Positions 18,389 through 27,468 are shown, counted from the first letter of the stretch. The stretch is 32,027 bases of DNA from a candidate division WOR-3 bacterium (GCA_037444665.1 JBBILZ010000028.1:1-32027), one strand, 5' to 3'. The notes: a model not told the origin generated them from the sequence alone. Numbers and translations: made by a program.

Positions 18389-19765
18389 ATGAAGAGAGAA
18401 GAGATTGAAAATAAAATTCTAACCGCTGTAAAAAGGACAATAGAAGAGCATAATATGCTGAAGGGTGTAAAAAGAGCAGTTATTGCATTTTCTGCTGGTC
18501 CTGATTCTGTATGCTTGCTGGATGTTTTAAAGACAATCTACGGCGATAAAATAAAATTTTGTCTGGTATATATAAATCACGGTCTCAGACCGAAAAATAT
18601 CTTAAAAAAAGAAGAAGAACTCACAAGAATATATGCACGGCGGTATAAATGTGTCTGTAAAATTATTAGAATCAAAGTCTCTAAAACAAAAAAAGGTACT
18701 GAGGCTGAAGCAAGAGAAAAACGTTATAATGCATTGATTAATTATGCAAAAAAGATATCTGCACATAGAATTATTCTTGGCCATAATCTTGATGACCTCG
18801 TAGAGACTTTTTTTATGAATCTTATTCGGGGAAGCGGAACCCTGGGATTGTTATCAATTCCTGCGGTGCGATTACCTTATGTTAGGCCTTTGATTGACAT
18901 AAAAAAATCTGCCATTTTAAGTTACCTGCGAAAGAAAAGATTGAATTTCTCTCTGGATTTGACCAATCTTAATTTAAATATTAGACGAAACTATATCCGT
19001 AAAAAAATTATTCCATTGATGCTCAATTTAAATCCTCAACTTTATGAGGTTGTAAAAAGAGAGATTTCTATTTTACACAATGATGAAGAATTTATACAGG
19101 ATTTTGTTAAAAGGGTATTTAAAAAAGCGGTAAAAAAAGGGTCTGATGGATTCACTATTGACTTAAATCATTTATTTTGTTATAATAAGGCAATTGTAAC
19201 CAGAATAATTATGGAAATTATTAAATGTTTGAAGGGCGATTTAACAGGGATAACGAGTAAACATATTGAGGCAATCATCGGTCTAAAGAGTAAGTTGAGT
19301 GGTAAAAAAATTTTGCTTCCTCAAAATCTATATGCACAAAGAATTTTTGGGAAGATTTTTGTTGGTTGTTGTAATAAAACTAAGATTGAAAAATTTTATA
19401 TTCCTTTAAAGATCGGTGAAGAGGTCATTATCGGCAGCCTGAAATTGAATTTGAACATTGTCAGAAAATATGATTTAAATCGGCCATTAGCATATTGTGA
19501 AGTTTTTGATTTCGCAAAGATTTATCCGCCACTTTTTTTAAGGAGTCGGAAAGCTGGTGATACAATAAAAATCAAGAACGGAAGGAAAAAATTGAAAGAA
19601 ATATTTAATGAAGCGAAGATACCAGTTAGTGAAAGAGAGAATGTGATGCTTTTATGCGACCAGCACAATATACTCTGGGTGATCGGTGTTCGTCGGGCTG
19701 AACTAGCTTATATTGATAAGCAAACGAAAAATATCTTGAGGGTGAAATTTGAATATCTTAATTAA
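18389..19765 (+). CDS. tilS: tRNA(Ile)-lysidine synthetase
   Basis: AFSAGPDS PP-loop, INHGLR, AREKRY, GHNLDD.VET, C-terminal TilS_C (KKLKEIF...KIP..ER). Confidence 0.95.
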   Translation: MKREEIENKILTAVKRTIEEHNMLKGVKRAVIAFSAGPDSVCLLDVLKTIYGDKIKFCLVYINHGLRPKNILKKEEELTRIYARRYKCVCKIIRIKVSKTKKGTEAEAREKRYNALINYAKKISAHRIILGHNLDDLVETFFMNLIRGSGTLGLLSIPAVRLPYVRPLIDIKKSAILSYLRKKRLNFSLDLTNLNLNIRRNYIRKKIIPLMLNLNPQLYEVVKREISILHNDEEFIQDFVKRVFKKAVKKGSDGFTIDLNHLFCYNKAIVTRIIMEIIKCLKGDLTGITSKHIEAIIGLKSKLSGKKILLPQNLYAQRIFGKIFVGCCNKTKIEKFYIPLKIGEEVIIGSLKLNLNIVRKYDLNRPLAYCEVFDFAKIYPPLFLRSRKAGDTIKIKNGRKKLKEIFNEAKIPVSERENVMLLCDQHNILWVIGVRRAELAYIDKQTKNILRVKFEYLN

Positions 19766-20258
19766 AGAGGATGATATAAAAAAAAGGGTCAAAGAACTGG
19801 GTAAGGAGATAAATAATGATTATAAAAATAGAAATCCAATTCTTATTGGTGTTTTGAAAGGAGCATTTGTGTTTCTTGCAGATTTGTTAAGAGAACTGGA
19901 AATACCTGTAGAGATTGACTTCTTAGGAATTTCAAGTTATGAAGGCACAAAGTCAAGTGGTGTTGTTCGTATTACCCAGGACTTATCTCTTAAAATTGAA
20001 GACCGCGATGTTATTCTGGTTGAGGATATTGTAGATTCTGGCAGGACCATTAATTATATTATAAACAACTTAAGAACGAGGCAGCCAAGAAGTATTGCAG
20101 TATGCACACTTTTAAATAAAAAGAGTGGCCGTGTTATTGATGTTCCTCTTACTTATATAGGATTCAATATTCCGCAGGTTTTTGTTGTAGGTTATGGTCT
20201 TGATTACGAAAAAAAATTTAGAAATTTAAAACACATTGGAGTTTACAGTGGCGAATAA
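19749..20258 (+). CDS. hpt: Hypoxanthine phosphoribosyltransferase
   Basis: GVLKGAFVFLADL, VEDIVDSGRT, FVVGYGLDY. Confidence 0.96.
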   Translation: MNILIKEDDIKKRVKELGKEINNDYKNRNPILIGVLKGAFVFLADLLRELEIPVEIDFLGISSYEGTKSSGVVRITQDLSLKIEDRDVILVEDIVDSGRTINYIINNLRTRQPRSIAVCTLLNKKSGRVIDVPLTYIGFNIPQVFVVGYGLDYEKKFRNLKHIGVYSGE

Positions 20259-22128
20259 GAAACAGCCGCGTAATCGTGCCTGGCAGACCGCAATAATATG
20301 GACACTGGTTGTCATCCTTGTCTGGTTTGGTTACCAATACTTTGCGGCACAGGGGAGTCGGGCAGCAAATATCCCATACTCTGTGTTCATTCGCGAATTG
20401 CGCATCAGAAATATTGAAAAAGTTACAATTTCTGAACGTTCAATAAAAGGGAGTTTTCGGACACCTGTCCCATACGAAGGGAAAAATTATAATGATTTCA
20501 ACACTTTAATACCATTTGAAGACCCTAAACTCTCAGATGAACTAATCAAATATAATGTAGAGATTGTTGCAAAACAGAGGTCAAGCTGGCTGGATATTAT
20601 CATCGGTATTTTCCCCTGGTTGATTTTGATTGGTATCTGGTTTTTATTTTTAAGGCAGATGCAATCAGGACAGAATCGGGCACTTGGTTTTGGTAGAAGC
20701 AGGGCAAAGATCGTCCTTGAAAATAAACCATCAACAACATTCAATGATGTGGCGGGCGTGGAAGAAGCAAAGCAGGAATTAGAAGAGGTAATTGAATTTT
20801 TAAAAGAACCGAGAAAATTCACACGGCTTGGCGGCAGAATTCCAAAGGGTGTATTATTGCTTGGACCACCAGGAACCGGTAAAACTTTGATGGCAAGGGC
20901 AGTAGCGGGTGAAGCGGGTGTTCCTTTTATTTCCATCAGCGGTTCAGATTTTGTAGAAATGTTTGTGGGTGTTGGTGCTTCAAGGGTGAGGGATTTGTTT
21001 GACCAGGCAAAGAAAAACTCACCCTGTATCGTGTTTATTGATGAGATAGATGCAGTGGGAAGGTTGCGTGGAGCAGGACTTGGCGGTGGCCATGATGAGA
21101 GGGAACAGACACTGAATCAGTTACTTGTTGAAATGGATGGATTTGAGGTTAATGAAGGAATAATCTTGATGGCGGCAACAAATCGTCCTGATATACTTGA
21201 CCCGGCATTATTAAGGCCAGGAAGATTTGACCGCGTTGTTGTTCTTGATAGACCAGATGTGCGGGGAAGGCTGGGTATATTAAAGGTCCATACACGGAAG
21301 ACCCCACTTGCACCAGATGTGGACCTTGATATTCTTGCTCGTGGAACACCGGGCTTTTCCGGGGCTGACCTTGCCAATATGTGTAATGAAGCAGCCCTTC
21401 TTGCGGCACGAAGAAATAAAAATAAAATTTCAATGCAGGAATTTGAGGATGCAAAAGACAAGATACTGATGGGTGTGGAAAGAAAAAGCTTGATCATCTC
21501 AGACAACGAAAAGAGGCTCACTGCATATCACGAGTGTGGTCATGTGCTTGTGTCAAAATTTTTACCGGAGATGGACCCCATTCATAAAGTTACCATTATA
21601 CCGCGTGGTATGGCGCTCGGTGTGACTCAGGCTCTGCCCATTGATGAAAGGCGCACTTATTCAAAGACTTATTGTTTTAACCAACTTGCTTTTATGCTTG
21701 GAGGCAGAGTTGCTGAGAAACTCATACTTGGTGACCTGTCAACAGGCTCAGGGAATGATATTGAAAAGGCAACCAAACTCGCACGAAAAATGGTCTGTGA
21801 ATGGGGAATGAGTGATAAACTTGGTCCATTGACTTATGGTGAAAAACAGGAAGAGATATTTTTGGGGAGAGAGATTGGGATGCATCGCGATTATTCAGAA
21901 GAGACAGCACGGGACATTGATGATGAGGTCAAGAGCATCATAAAAAAGGCAGAGGCAATTGCAGAAGAGATTATAAAAAATAATATTGAGACATTAAAGA
22001 AACTGGCAGAAAGACTATTGGAAAAAGAGATTTTGACTGGTGAAGAGATAGATAAGATAATCAAGGGTGGCGCCAGGAAAGCAGAGGATGAAATGAAGGT
22101 AAAAGAAAAAGAGAGGAATGATGGATAA
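20248..22128 (+). CDS. ftsH: ATP-dependent zinc metalloprotease FtsH
   Basis: Two TM helices, [18 protein letters not shown] (ATNRPD...RPGRFD), HECGH; GTG 20248 after GGAG. Confidence 0.97.
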   Translation: MANKKQPRNRAWQTAIIWTLVVILVWFGYQYFAAQGSRAANIPYSVFIRELRIRNIEKVTISERSIKGSFRTPVPYEGKNYNDFNTLIPFEDPKLSDELIKYNVEIVAKQRSSWLDIIIGIFPWLILIGIWFLFLRQMQSGQNRALGFGRSRAKIVLENKPSTTFNDVAGVEEAKQELEEVIEFLKEPRKFTRLGGRIPKGVLLLGPPGTGKTLMARAVAGEAGVPFISISGSDFVEMFVGVGASRVRDLFDQAKKNSPCIVFIDEIDAVGRLRGAGLGGGHDEREQTLNQLLVEMDGFEVNEGIILMAATNRPDILDPALLRPGRFDRVVVLDRPDVRGRLGILKVHTRKTPLAPDVDLDILARGTPGFSGADLANMCNEAALLAARRNKNKISMQEFEDAKDKILMGVERKSLIISDNEKRLTAYHECGHVLVSKFLPEMDPIHKVTIIPRGMALGVTQALPIDERRTYSKTYCFNQLAFMLGGRVAEKLILGDLSTGSGNDIEKATKLARKMVCEWGMSDKLGPLTYGEKQEEIFLGREIGMHRDYSEETARDIDDEVKSIIKKAEAIAEEIIKNNIETLKKLAERLLEKEILTGEEIDKIIKGGARKAEDEMKVKEKERNDG

Positions 22129-22678
22129 GAAAAAGATTGAACAGGCGATTAGAATTATCCTTAAGGCGATAAATGAAGATTTGAATCGCGATGGTTTAAG
22201 GGATACGCCTCGTCGTGTTGCAGAGATGTATGAAGAAATCTTTGCGGGTGTTAAACAAGATCCTAAAAAAGAATTGAAAACATACAAAACAAAGAATGAA
22301 GACGAAATGATTTTAATAAAAGATATACCTTTCTATTCTATTTGTGAACATCATCTTCTGCCTTTTTTTGGTAAGGCACATATTGTTTATATTCCCAAAG
22401 AGAATAAGATCACGGGTTTTTCCAGTTTGGTACGGGTAATTGATATTATGGCAAAGAGGCCATTGTTGCAGGAGCGACTGACCCATGAGATTGCAGATTT
22501 CTTGATGGCTCATCTCAAGCCAATGGGCGTGCTCGTTGTCATTGAAGCAGAACACCTCTGCCTTTCAATGATTGGTGTGAAAAAACCCGGAACTTTAACC
22601 ATTACTTCAGCAATTAGAGGAGTAATGCAGTCAACCGCCACCAGGGCTGAGGCGCTTTCTTTAATAAAAGGTAAGTAA
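22118..22678 (+). CDS. folE: GTP cyclohydrolase I
   Basis: DTPRRVA, CEHHLLPF, LQERLT, HLC. Confidence 0.96.
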   Translation: MMDKKKIEQAIRIILKAINEDLNRDGLRDTPRRVAEMYEEIFAGVKQDPKKELKTYKTKNEDEMILIKDIPFYSICEHHLLPFFGKAHIVYIPKENKITGFSSLVRVIDIMAKRPLLQERLTHEIADFLMAHLKPMGVLVVIEAEHLCLSMIGVKKPGTLTITSAIRGVMQSTATRAEALSLIKGK

Positions 22679-22692
22679 TATTTTGAAATGGT

Positions 22693-22732
22693 AAAAAAGA
22701 GGGGCGGCAAAGCCGCCCCTCTTTTGTTTTTT
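22693..22732. terminator. Bidirectional rho-independent terminator
   Basis: AAAAGAGGGGCGGC-AAA-GCCGCCCCTCTTTT perfect stem with A/T tracts on both sides, between convergent folE and the lipoprotein gene. Confidence 0.92.
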
Positions 22733-22740
22733 AATCAGGA

Positions 22741-23580
22741 TTACCGTTTGGGCATGAAATACGGAAAATCGGTCTTATTCTGGTAGGCAAATGTCACATC
22801 AACTGTTGCGGCAGTAGAATCATAGTTATCAATATGGAGTTTTACAAAATTCCCTTCTTCAGTTTTGAACGCAATGAGGTCACCAACAACAAATGCTACA
22901 TGGTCTTCGGTTAGATTTGCTGGATTTACATAAGAGACACTATCAAAATCAGCCTGTCCAATACTTGTCATCAATGTTGTCCTGCCATTGGGCCTGCGTG
23001 AGGCTGAATTTACCTGGAGGGTTTCTGCACTACCGCTGATGAATCTCTCAAAGAAAACATCAGCACCAGGGAAAGTGTTGAGCGATTCACTGGTAACGGC
23101 ACCGGTCTCAAATCTTAAGCCGCAATTGACTTCGTTTGAATCATTCGGATAGAGTTCAAGTTTTACTGTAACTGTAAACTCCGGTCTTGGTGAAGCCGTG
23201 ACAAAAGGCACATCTGAATTGTAATTACCGACCTTATCATCGGTATTGACTGTTCTAACCTGAATGTAGTAAACACTATCGTTGCTCAGATTATTTGCAG
23301 TATATGAGTTTGTCGTTATAACATTTGTATTATGTGCATTCAGATTTTCACCATCGGCTACGAGCAGGGCTGTAGAATCAGTGTAAACATAGACATTATA
23401 ACCACTGAAATCAGTGTGTTGTGTAACTGTAGTATCTTCTTCCCATACTACTGTTATTGAACCATCGTCCATTATTGTAGCAACAATCTCTGGTGCGGCG
23501 AGTTTTTCTGCTTCGCCACCGCAACCAACGAGTGATACCAATGCCACAAGGGCAATTGAACAGAATATAAATCTCTTCAT
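22741..23580 (-). CDS. Lipoprotein with fibronectin type III domain
   Basis: MKRF + hydrophobic core + lipobox LVGC; FN3 pattern (ITVVW...FSGYNVY...YYIQVRTV); SD AAGGAG before ATG 23580. Confidence 0.85.
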   Translation of the reverse strand: MKRFIFCSIALVALVSLVGCGGEAEKLAAPEIVATIMDDGSITVVWEEDTTVTQHTDFSGYNVYVYTDSTALLVADGENLNAHNTNVITTNSYTANNLSNDSVYYIQVRTVNTDDKVGNYNSDVPFVTASPRPEFTVTVKLELYPNDSNEVNCGLRFETGAVTSESLNTFPGADVFFERFISGSAETLQVNSASRRPNGRTTLMTSIGQADFDSVSYVNPANLTEDHVAFVVGDLIAFKTEEGNFVKLHIDNYDSTAATVDVTFAYQNKTDFPYFMPKR

Positions 23581-23608
23581 TTTTTTCTCCTTTTTTTGTT
23601 TAAACACA

Positions 23609-23685
23609 GAGACCGCAAAAAATTCGCGGAGACCGCAAAATTTTGCGGAGTCCACTTATGGATGTTCCCAGGCACATCCACAAGC
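23609..23685 (-). other. Structured 5' leader: long hairpin plus two tandem CCGC-N8/9-GCGG palindromes
   Basis: 12-bp stem 23654-23685; GAGACCGCAAAA repeated with 20-bp period (23609, 23629). Confidence 0.55.
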
Positions 23686-23751
23686 CCATTAACCACCTTT
23701 TTTCTTCCCTGTTATCACCTCCTTTTTATAAGCAATTTTTATATATGGCAT

Positions 23752-23779
23752 ATTATATCCAGAATTTAAATTTTGTCAA
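23752..23779 (-). promoter_or_regulatory. sigma70-like promoter TTGACA-N16-TATAAT for the lipoprotein gene
   Basis: Perfect hexamers at 23774-23779 and 23752-23757. Confidence 0.8.
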
Positions 23780-23812
23780 GGCGAAAGAGGGCTATTTATA
23801 AAGGGTGAAGAG

Positions 23813-23865
23813 GTAGTGCCCGATAAATCGGGCAACTACAGTTCAATGTAGGGGTGATCTCAATT
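23813..23865. repeat. GTAG-type REP-like palindrome, with a degenerate second GTAG unit
   Basis: GTAG-TGCCCGAT-AA-ATCGGGCA-A-CTAC at 23813-23839, then GTAGGGGTGATC at 23848. Confidence 0.5.
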
Positions 23866-23881
23866 TCGGCAAAGGCAGTGG

Positions 23882-23909
23882 TTGACTTTTAAAAAAATTT
23901 TATTATAAT
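23882..23909 (+). promoter_or_regulatory. sigma70-like promoter TTGACT-N16-TATAAT (leaderless)
   Basis: ATG 23915 only 5 nt after -10, no SD. Confidence 0.75.
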
Positions 23910-23914
23910 TTTCT

Positions 23915-24949
23915 ATGCGGATGTTAATCTTGAGTTGTAAGAGTGCATTGCACAAGGAAATTGGCGATCTCAGACCATTTGAAGAGGCAATAAATAGATA
24001 CATAAAAAAATATCATCGTCATCAAATTAAATTGCTCTATTTTGATGAACTAAATAAATTCAAAGTGAAACCTGCAAGAAAGAATCCTAAGGCAATAAGA
24101 GAATTTATTAACCAATTGGAGAGGAAGTGGGGAGAGATTGATACGGTTTTAATCATCGGCGGTGATAAGGTAGTTCCATTTTATCGCCTTCCCAATCCTT
24201 GTGACGATGATGATAATAATGTTCTATCTGATAGCCCCTATGCCTCAAGCGATGATGATTTTTTAATTCCAGAAAGAATATGCGCAAGAATCCCGGATAA
24301 TCGCAAAATAGATTTTATTATAAAACAACTGACCAGGTCATTTAAACAATATAGTAAATCTTTTGGAATGAGTGCCTTTGTGTGGAAGGAGGCTTCAAAA
24401 AATGTATACCAACAGATCGGTGATGTAAAGAATTTAAAGATTTCTCCACCAACAACATCGGCAAATTTTAACTCAGCATGGCTCAAAGAAAAAGATTACC
24501 TATATTTTAACCTTCATGGAAGTGTAGTTTCAGAAAACTGGTATGGGCAGGAAGGTGGTAATTATCCCATTGCCCTGACACCAGGTAATATAATTGATGC
24601 CTGTGGTTTTGTTGCATCAGAGGCATGTTATGGTGCATATATTTTAAATAAATCAGAAAAGAATGCGATTTCTTTAAAATTTCTTGACCAGGATAATAAT
24701 CTTGGATTTTGTGGTTCTACAACAATTGCGTATGGACCTCCTACTCCACCATCAAGTGAAGCAGACCTTTTTGTGAAATATCTTTTTGAATATTTGAAAC
24801 AGGGATTGACTACGGGTGAGGCATTTAAAAATGCAAAACTGGATTTTGCTCGGAAAAAAATTCGCCGTCACGGATTTTTAGATGATGATGACCAGAAGAC
24901 ATTACTGCAATTTGTTTTATATGGAGACCCTTTATTAAAATGTGGTTAA
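23915..24949 (+). CDS. Peptidase C25 (gingipain)-like cysteine peptidase, no signal peptide
   Basis: LIIGGD..VP, SD..Y, RIP, His in FNLHGS, Cys in SEACYG, terminal VLYGDP. Confidence 0.72.
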   Translation: MRMLILSCKSALHKEIGDLRPFEEAINRYIKKYHRHQIKLLYFDELNKFKVKPARKNPKAIREFINQLERKWGEIDTVLIIGGDKVVPFYRLPNPCDDDDNNVLSDSPYASSDDDFLIPERICARIPDNRKIDFIIKQLTRSFKQYSKSFGMSAFVWKEASKNVYQQIGDVKNLKISPPTTSANFNSAWLKEKDYLYFNLHGSVVSENWYGQEGGNYPIALTPGNIIDACGFVASEACYGAYILNKSEKNAISLKFLDQDNNLGFCGSTTIAYGPPTPPSSEADLFVKYLFEYLKQGLTTGEAFKNAKLDFARKKIRRHGFLDDDDQKTLLQFVLYGDPLLKCG

Positions 24950-24976
24950 CAATTGGACATTGTCCAGAGGAGTATA

Positions 24977-25258
24977 ATGATGCTTGAAACAAAGATTCTG
25001 TCTTATATAAAAAAAATTATCAGTAAACAATTTCCTGAGTTTAAGGGAATTGAACCAAGAGTTATAAAAAAGAAAATTGCTCCCCAGCAAATAGTATACA
25101 AAAAACTTTCTTTAGGAGAGGCAAAAGGTGCTAAAACAGTATTCAATCTTCGTTTTGAGCGGAAAGTAAAGACAGTTGATGCAGTGGTGATGAAACAGAT
25201 ACTGGTTGTGACAACCAATGAATCAGGGCAGATTATTAAAATAAGTCAGTCAAAATAA
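24977..25258 (+). CDS. Small basic hypothetical protein
   Basis: SD GAGGAG at 24967-24972; start ATG 24977 or 24980; ends VTTNESGQIIKISQSK. Confidence 0.7.
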   Translation: MMLETKILSYIKKIISKQFPEFKGIEPRVIKKKIAPQQIVYKKLSLGEAKGAKTVFNLRFERKVKTVDAVVMKQILVVTTNESGQIIKISQSK

Positions 25259-25270
25259 AAGGGGTGAAGT

Positions 25271-25501
25271 GTGATTGAGATATTGGTAGTTATTTTAGTT
25301 CTTTCTTTTTTGTCTTTAATCTTTTCTATCCTGCAAAAATTTATGCCGATTAACATTTTTCAGATAGTAATATTATTGCTCACTGCATATCTTCTGATTC
25401 GGGTGCGGGTCAAAATTTCCCGCGCAGAAAAAGAAAAATTAAGGGCAAAGATTGAAGAACTCGAGCAAAAGATTGAAAGTTTAGGAAAGAAAGAAGTGTA
25501 G
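25271..25501 (+). CDS. Small membrane protein (two TM helices plus coiled coil)
   Basis: SD AGGGG before GTG; two hydrophobic helices, then EKEKLRAKIEELEQKIESL. Confidence 0.7.
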   Translation: MIEILVVILVLSFLSLIFSILQKFMPINIFQIVILLLTAYLLIRVRVKISRAEKEKLRAKIEELEQKIESLGKKEV

Positions 25502-25514
25502 TCTTTAAATCTGT

Positions 25515-25700
25515 TTACCAGGTCGCCTTACGAACTCCGGGTAATTCACCCTGCAGGGCAAGCTCCCTGAGGCAGATACGGCAAAGGCCAAATTTTCTAT
25601 AAAAACCTCTTGGCCTACCGCAGCGCTGGCAACGATTATACTTTCTTGTTGAGAATTTTGGTGTTTTTTTCGCTTTATTTATCAAACATAACTTTGCCAA
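25515..25700 (-). CDS. rpsN: 30S ribosomal protein S14, zinc-binding type Z
   Basis: RCQRCGRPR...GLCRICLRE...PGVRKATW, 61 aa. Confidence 0.97.
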   Translation of the reverse strand: MAKLCLINKAKKTPKFSTRKYNRCQRCGRPRGFYRKFGLCRICLRELALQGELPGVRKATW

Positions 25701-25710
25701 TTAGCCTCCT

Positions 25711-26271
25711 TTATTTTTTCTTTTCAAATGGCATGCCCAGACCTTCAAGAAGTGCCAATGCATCTTCATCTTTTTTGGCAGTTGTGACAATGGCAATGTC
25801 CATGCCGAATACCTTTTTAATTTTATCATATTCAATTTCAGGAAAGATTGTTTGTTCAGTTAATCCGAGATTATATGAGCCTCTGCCATCAAAAGAATCT
25901 CTTTTAAATCCTTTAAAATCCCTGATTCTGGGCGCGGCAAAATTAATGAAACGGTCAAAAAATTCGTACATTCTTTTGCCACGGAGTGTAACTTTCATAC
26001 CGATGACCAGTCCTTTGCGAATTTTAAAGTTTGAGATAGGTCTTTTTGCACGAGTATATACAGGCGCCTGACCTGTAATACGAGCAAGGTCATCTCTTAT
26101 TATTTCAAGAATTTTAGGGTCTGTAACTGCTTCACCAACGCCCACATTTATCACAATCTTTTTTAATGCTGGAACCTGATAAATATTTTTGTATCCTAAT
26201 TTTTTTAATAATGTTTTTTTCAGTGTGTCATCATAAAATGCTTTCAACCGTGCTTTATAATTGGTCTTCAT
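25711..26271 (-). CDS. rplE: 50S ribosomal protein L5
   Basis: [32 protein letters not shown] 26271 overlaps the rplX stop. Confidence 0.97.
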   Translation of the reverse strand: MKTNYKARLKAFYDDTLKKTLLKKLGYKNIYQVPALKKIVINVGVGEAVTDPKILEIIRDDLARITGQAPVYTRAKRPISNFKIRKGLVIGMKVTLRGKRMYEFFDRFINFAAPRIRDFKGFKRDSFDGRGSYNLGLTEQTIFPEIEYDKIKKVFGMDIAIVTTAKKDEDALALLEGLGMPFEKKK

Positions 26272-26609
26272 TCTAATATCTCCCCACATTCTTTACAGAT
26301 TCTAACGCGTTTTTTTTCAACCTTCTCCTTTTTTATCTTTGTTTTTTTCCCACATTTTGGACAGATCAAAACGAGATTGGAAATATGTATAGGTGCTGGT
26401 TTAGTGATAATGCCAGAAGGCTGAGTTTGGGAGCGAGCGCGCTGGTGTTTCTTTACTAAATTTATACCTTCAACAATTGCGGTCATTTTTTCTGGGTCAA
26501 TCTCAAGCACTCTACCCCGCCTTCCTTTTTCTTCGCCAATATTCACCTCAACCAGATCATTTTTTTTGATATGAAATTTAGGTTTATGATTTTCCGATTT
26601 TTTCTTCAT
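26268..26609 (-). CDS. rplX: 50S ribosomal protein L24
   Basis: [23 protein letters not shown]; carries CPKC/CKEC zinc-ribbon Cys. Confidence 0.96.
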   Translation of the reverse strand: MKKKSENHKPKFHIKKNDLVEVNIGEEKGRRGRVLEIDPEKMTAIVEGINLVKKHQRARSQTQPSGIITKPAPIHISNLVLICPKCGKKTKIKKEKVEKKRVRICKECGEILE

Positions 26610-26974
26610 ACAACCTCACTCGCCAGTGACAGTATTTTTGTAAACCCTTTTTCTCGTAGTTCCCTTGCTACAGGTCCAAATACTCTTGTGCCTTTTGGTT
26701 CTTTCTGGTCGTTAATTAATACACAGGCGTTGTCATCAAACCGAACATAAGAACCATCAATTCGGCGAATCTCTTTTTTGGTGCGAACAATCACTGCCTT
26801 TGCCTTATCACCCTTTTTAATCGGTGCATGGGGTAGTGCATCTTTTATCGTGACATTTATGATGTCGCCGATATAGGCGTACCTTCTGCCAGAACTACCC
26901 GTAACATGGATACACATTGCCACCCGTGCTCCAGTATTATCGCATACCTTTAATCTTGAGTATATTTGAATCAT
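26606..26974 (-). CDS. rplN: 50S ribosomal protein L14
   Basis: MIQ...[22 protein letters not shown]. Confidence 0.98.
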   Translation of the reverse strand: MIQIYSRLKVCDNTGARVAMCIHVTGSSGRRYAYIGDIINVTIKDALPHAPIKKGDKAKAVIVRTKKEIRRIDGSYVRFDDNACVLINDQKEPKGTRVFGPVARELREKGFTKILSLASEVV

Positions 26975-26983
26975 GCTACCCTC

Positions 26984-27217
26984 TTAAACTATTTTTCTGA
27001 TAACCCGCCATCGTTTTAATTTAGATAGTGGCCGGGTCTGTTCAATTAAAACCTTATCACCAACTTTATATTCATTTTTCTCATCATGCACATATACTTT
27101 TGTTGCTTTTCTCAAATATTTTTTATATAAAGGATGTTTTACATATCTCATCAATTTAACAACAATCGTCTTTTGCATTTTATCGCTTACAACAGTGCCG
27201 ACCTTTGTCTTAGGCAT
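26984..27217 (-). CDS. rpsQ: 30S ribosomal protein S17
   Basis: [27 protein letters not shown]. Confidence 0.97.
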   Translation of the reverse strand: MPKTKVGTVVSDKMQKTIVVKLMRYVKHPLYKKYLRKATKVYVHDEKNEYKVGDKVLIEQTRPLSKLKRWRVIRKIV

Positions 27218-27468
27218 TATTCTCCTTTCTTTTCCTTGGTTTTAGTCTGGGATTGTTTTGCCTGCAATAATTTTATTTTTCCCAGTTCATCCTCTCTAAG
27301 AATTGTTCTTATTCTGGCAATCTCCCGTTTGATTGAGCGGATTTTCAAGGGATTAGGAAGTTCTTGAGATGCATGGCGTAGCTTTAAATTGAATAATTCC
27401 TTGTACAGACCGTTCAGGTCATTAATCAATTCATCTCTGGTCTTTTCTCTTAGTTCATAAGCCTTCAT
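27217..27468 (-). CDS. rpmC: 50S ribosomal protein L29
   Basis: MKAYELR...ELFNLK...KREIARIRT. Confidence 0.95.
   Translation of the reverse strand: MKAYELREKTRDELINDLNGLYKELFNLKLRHASQELPNPLKIRSIKREIARIRTILREDELGKIKLLQAKQSQTKTKEKKGE

Noticed and set aside
23609..23650. GAGACCGCAAAA direct repeat as a mini-CRISPR
   Set aside because: Only two units with a 20-bp period, no spacer-length intervals and no cas genes.
23689..23751. 20-aa ORF MPYIKIAYKKEVITGKKKGG (-) as a leader peptide
   Set aside because: Its ATG directly abuts the -10 box, so it lies upstream of the expected TSS; the KEVI segment is just the SD sequence read as codons.
24951..24978. TATAAT before the small basic gene as a promoter
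   Set aside because: No properly spaced -35; the hexamer overlaps the start codon right after an SD (GAGGAG), so it is better read as a translation-initiation region.
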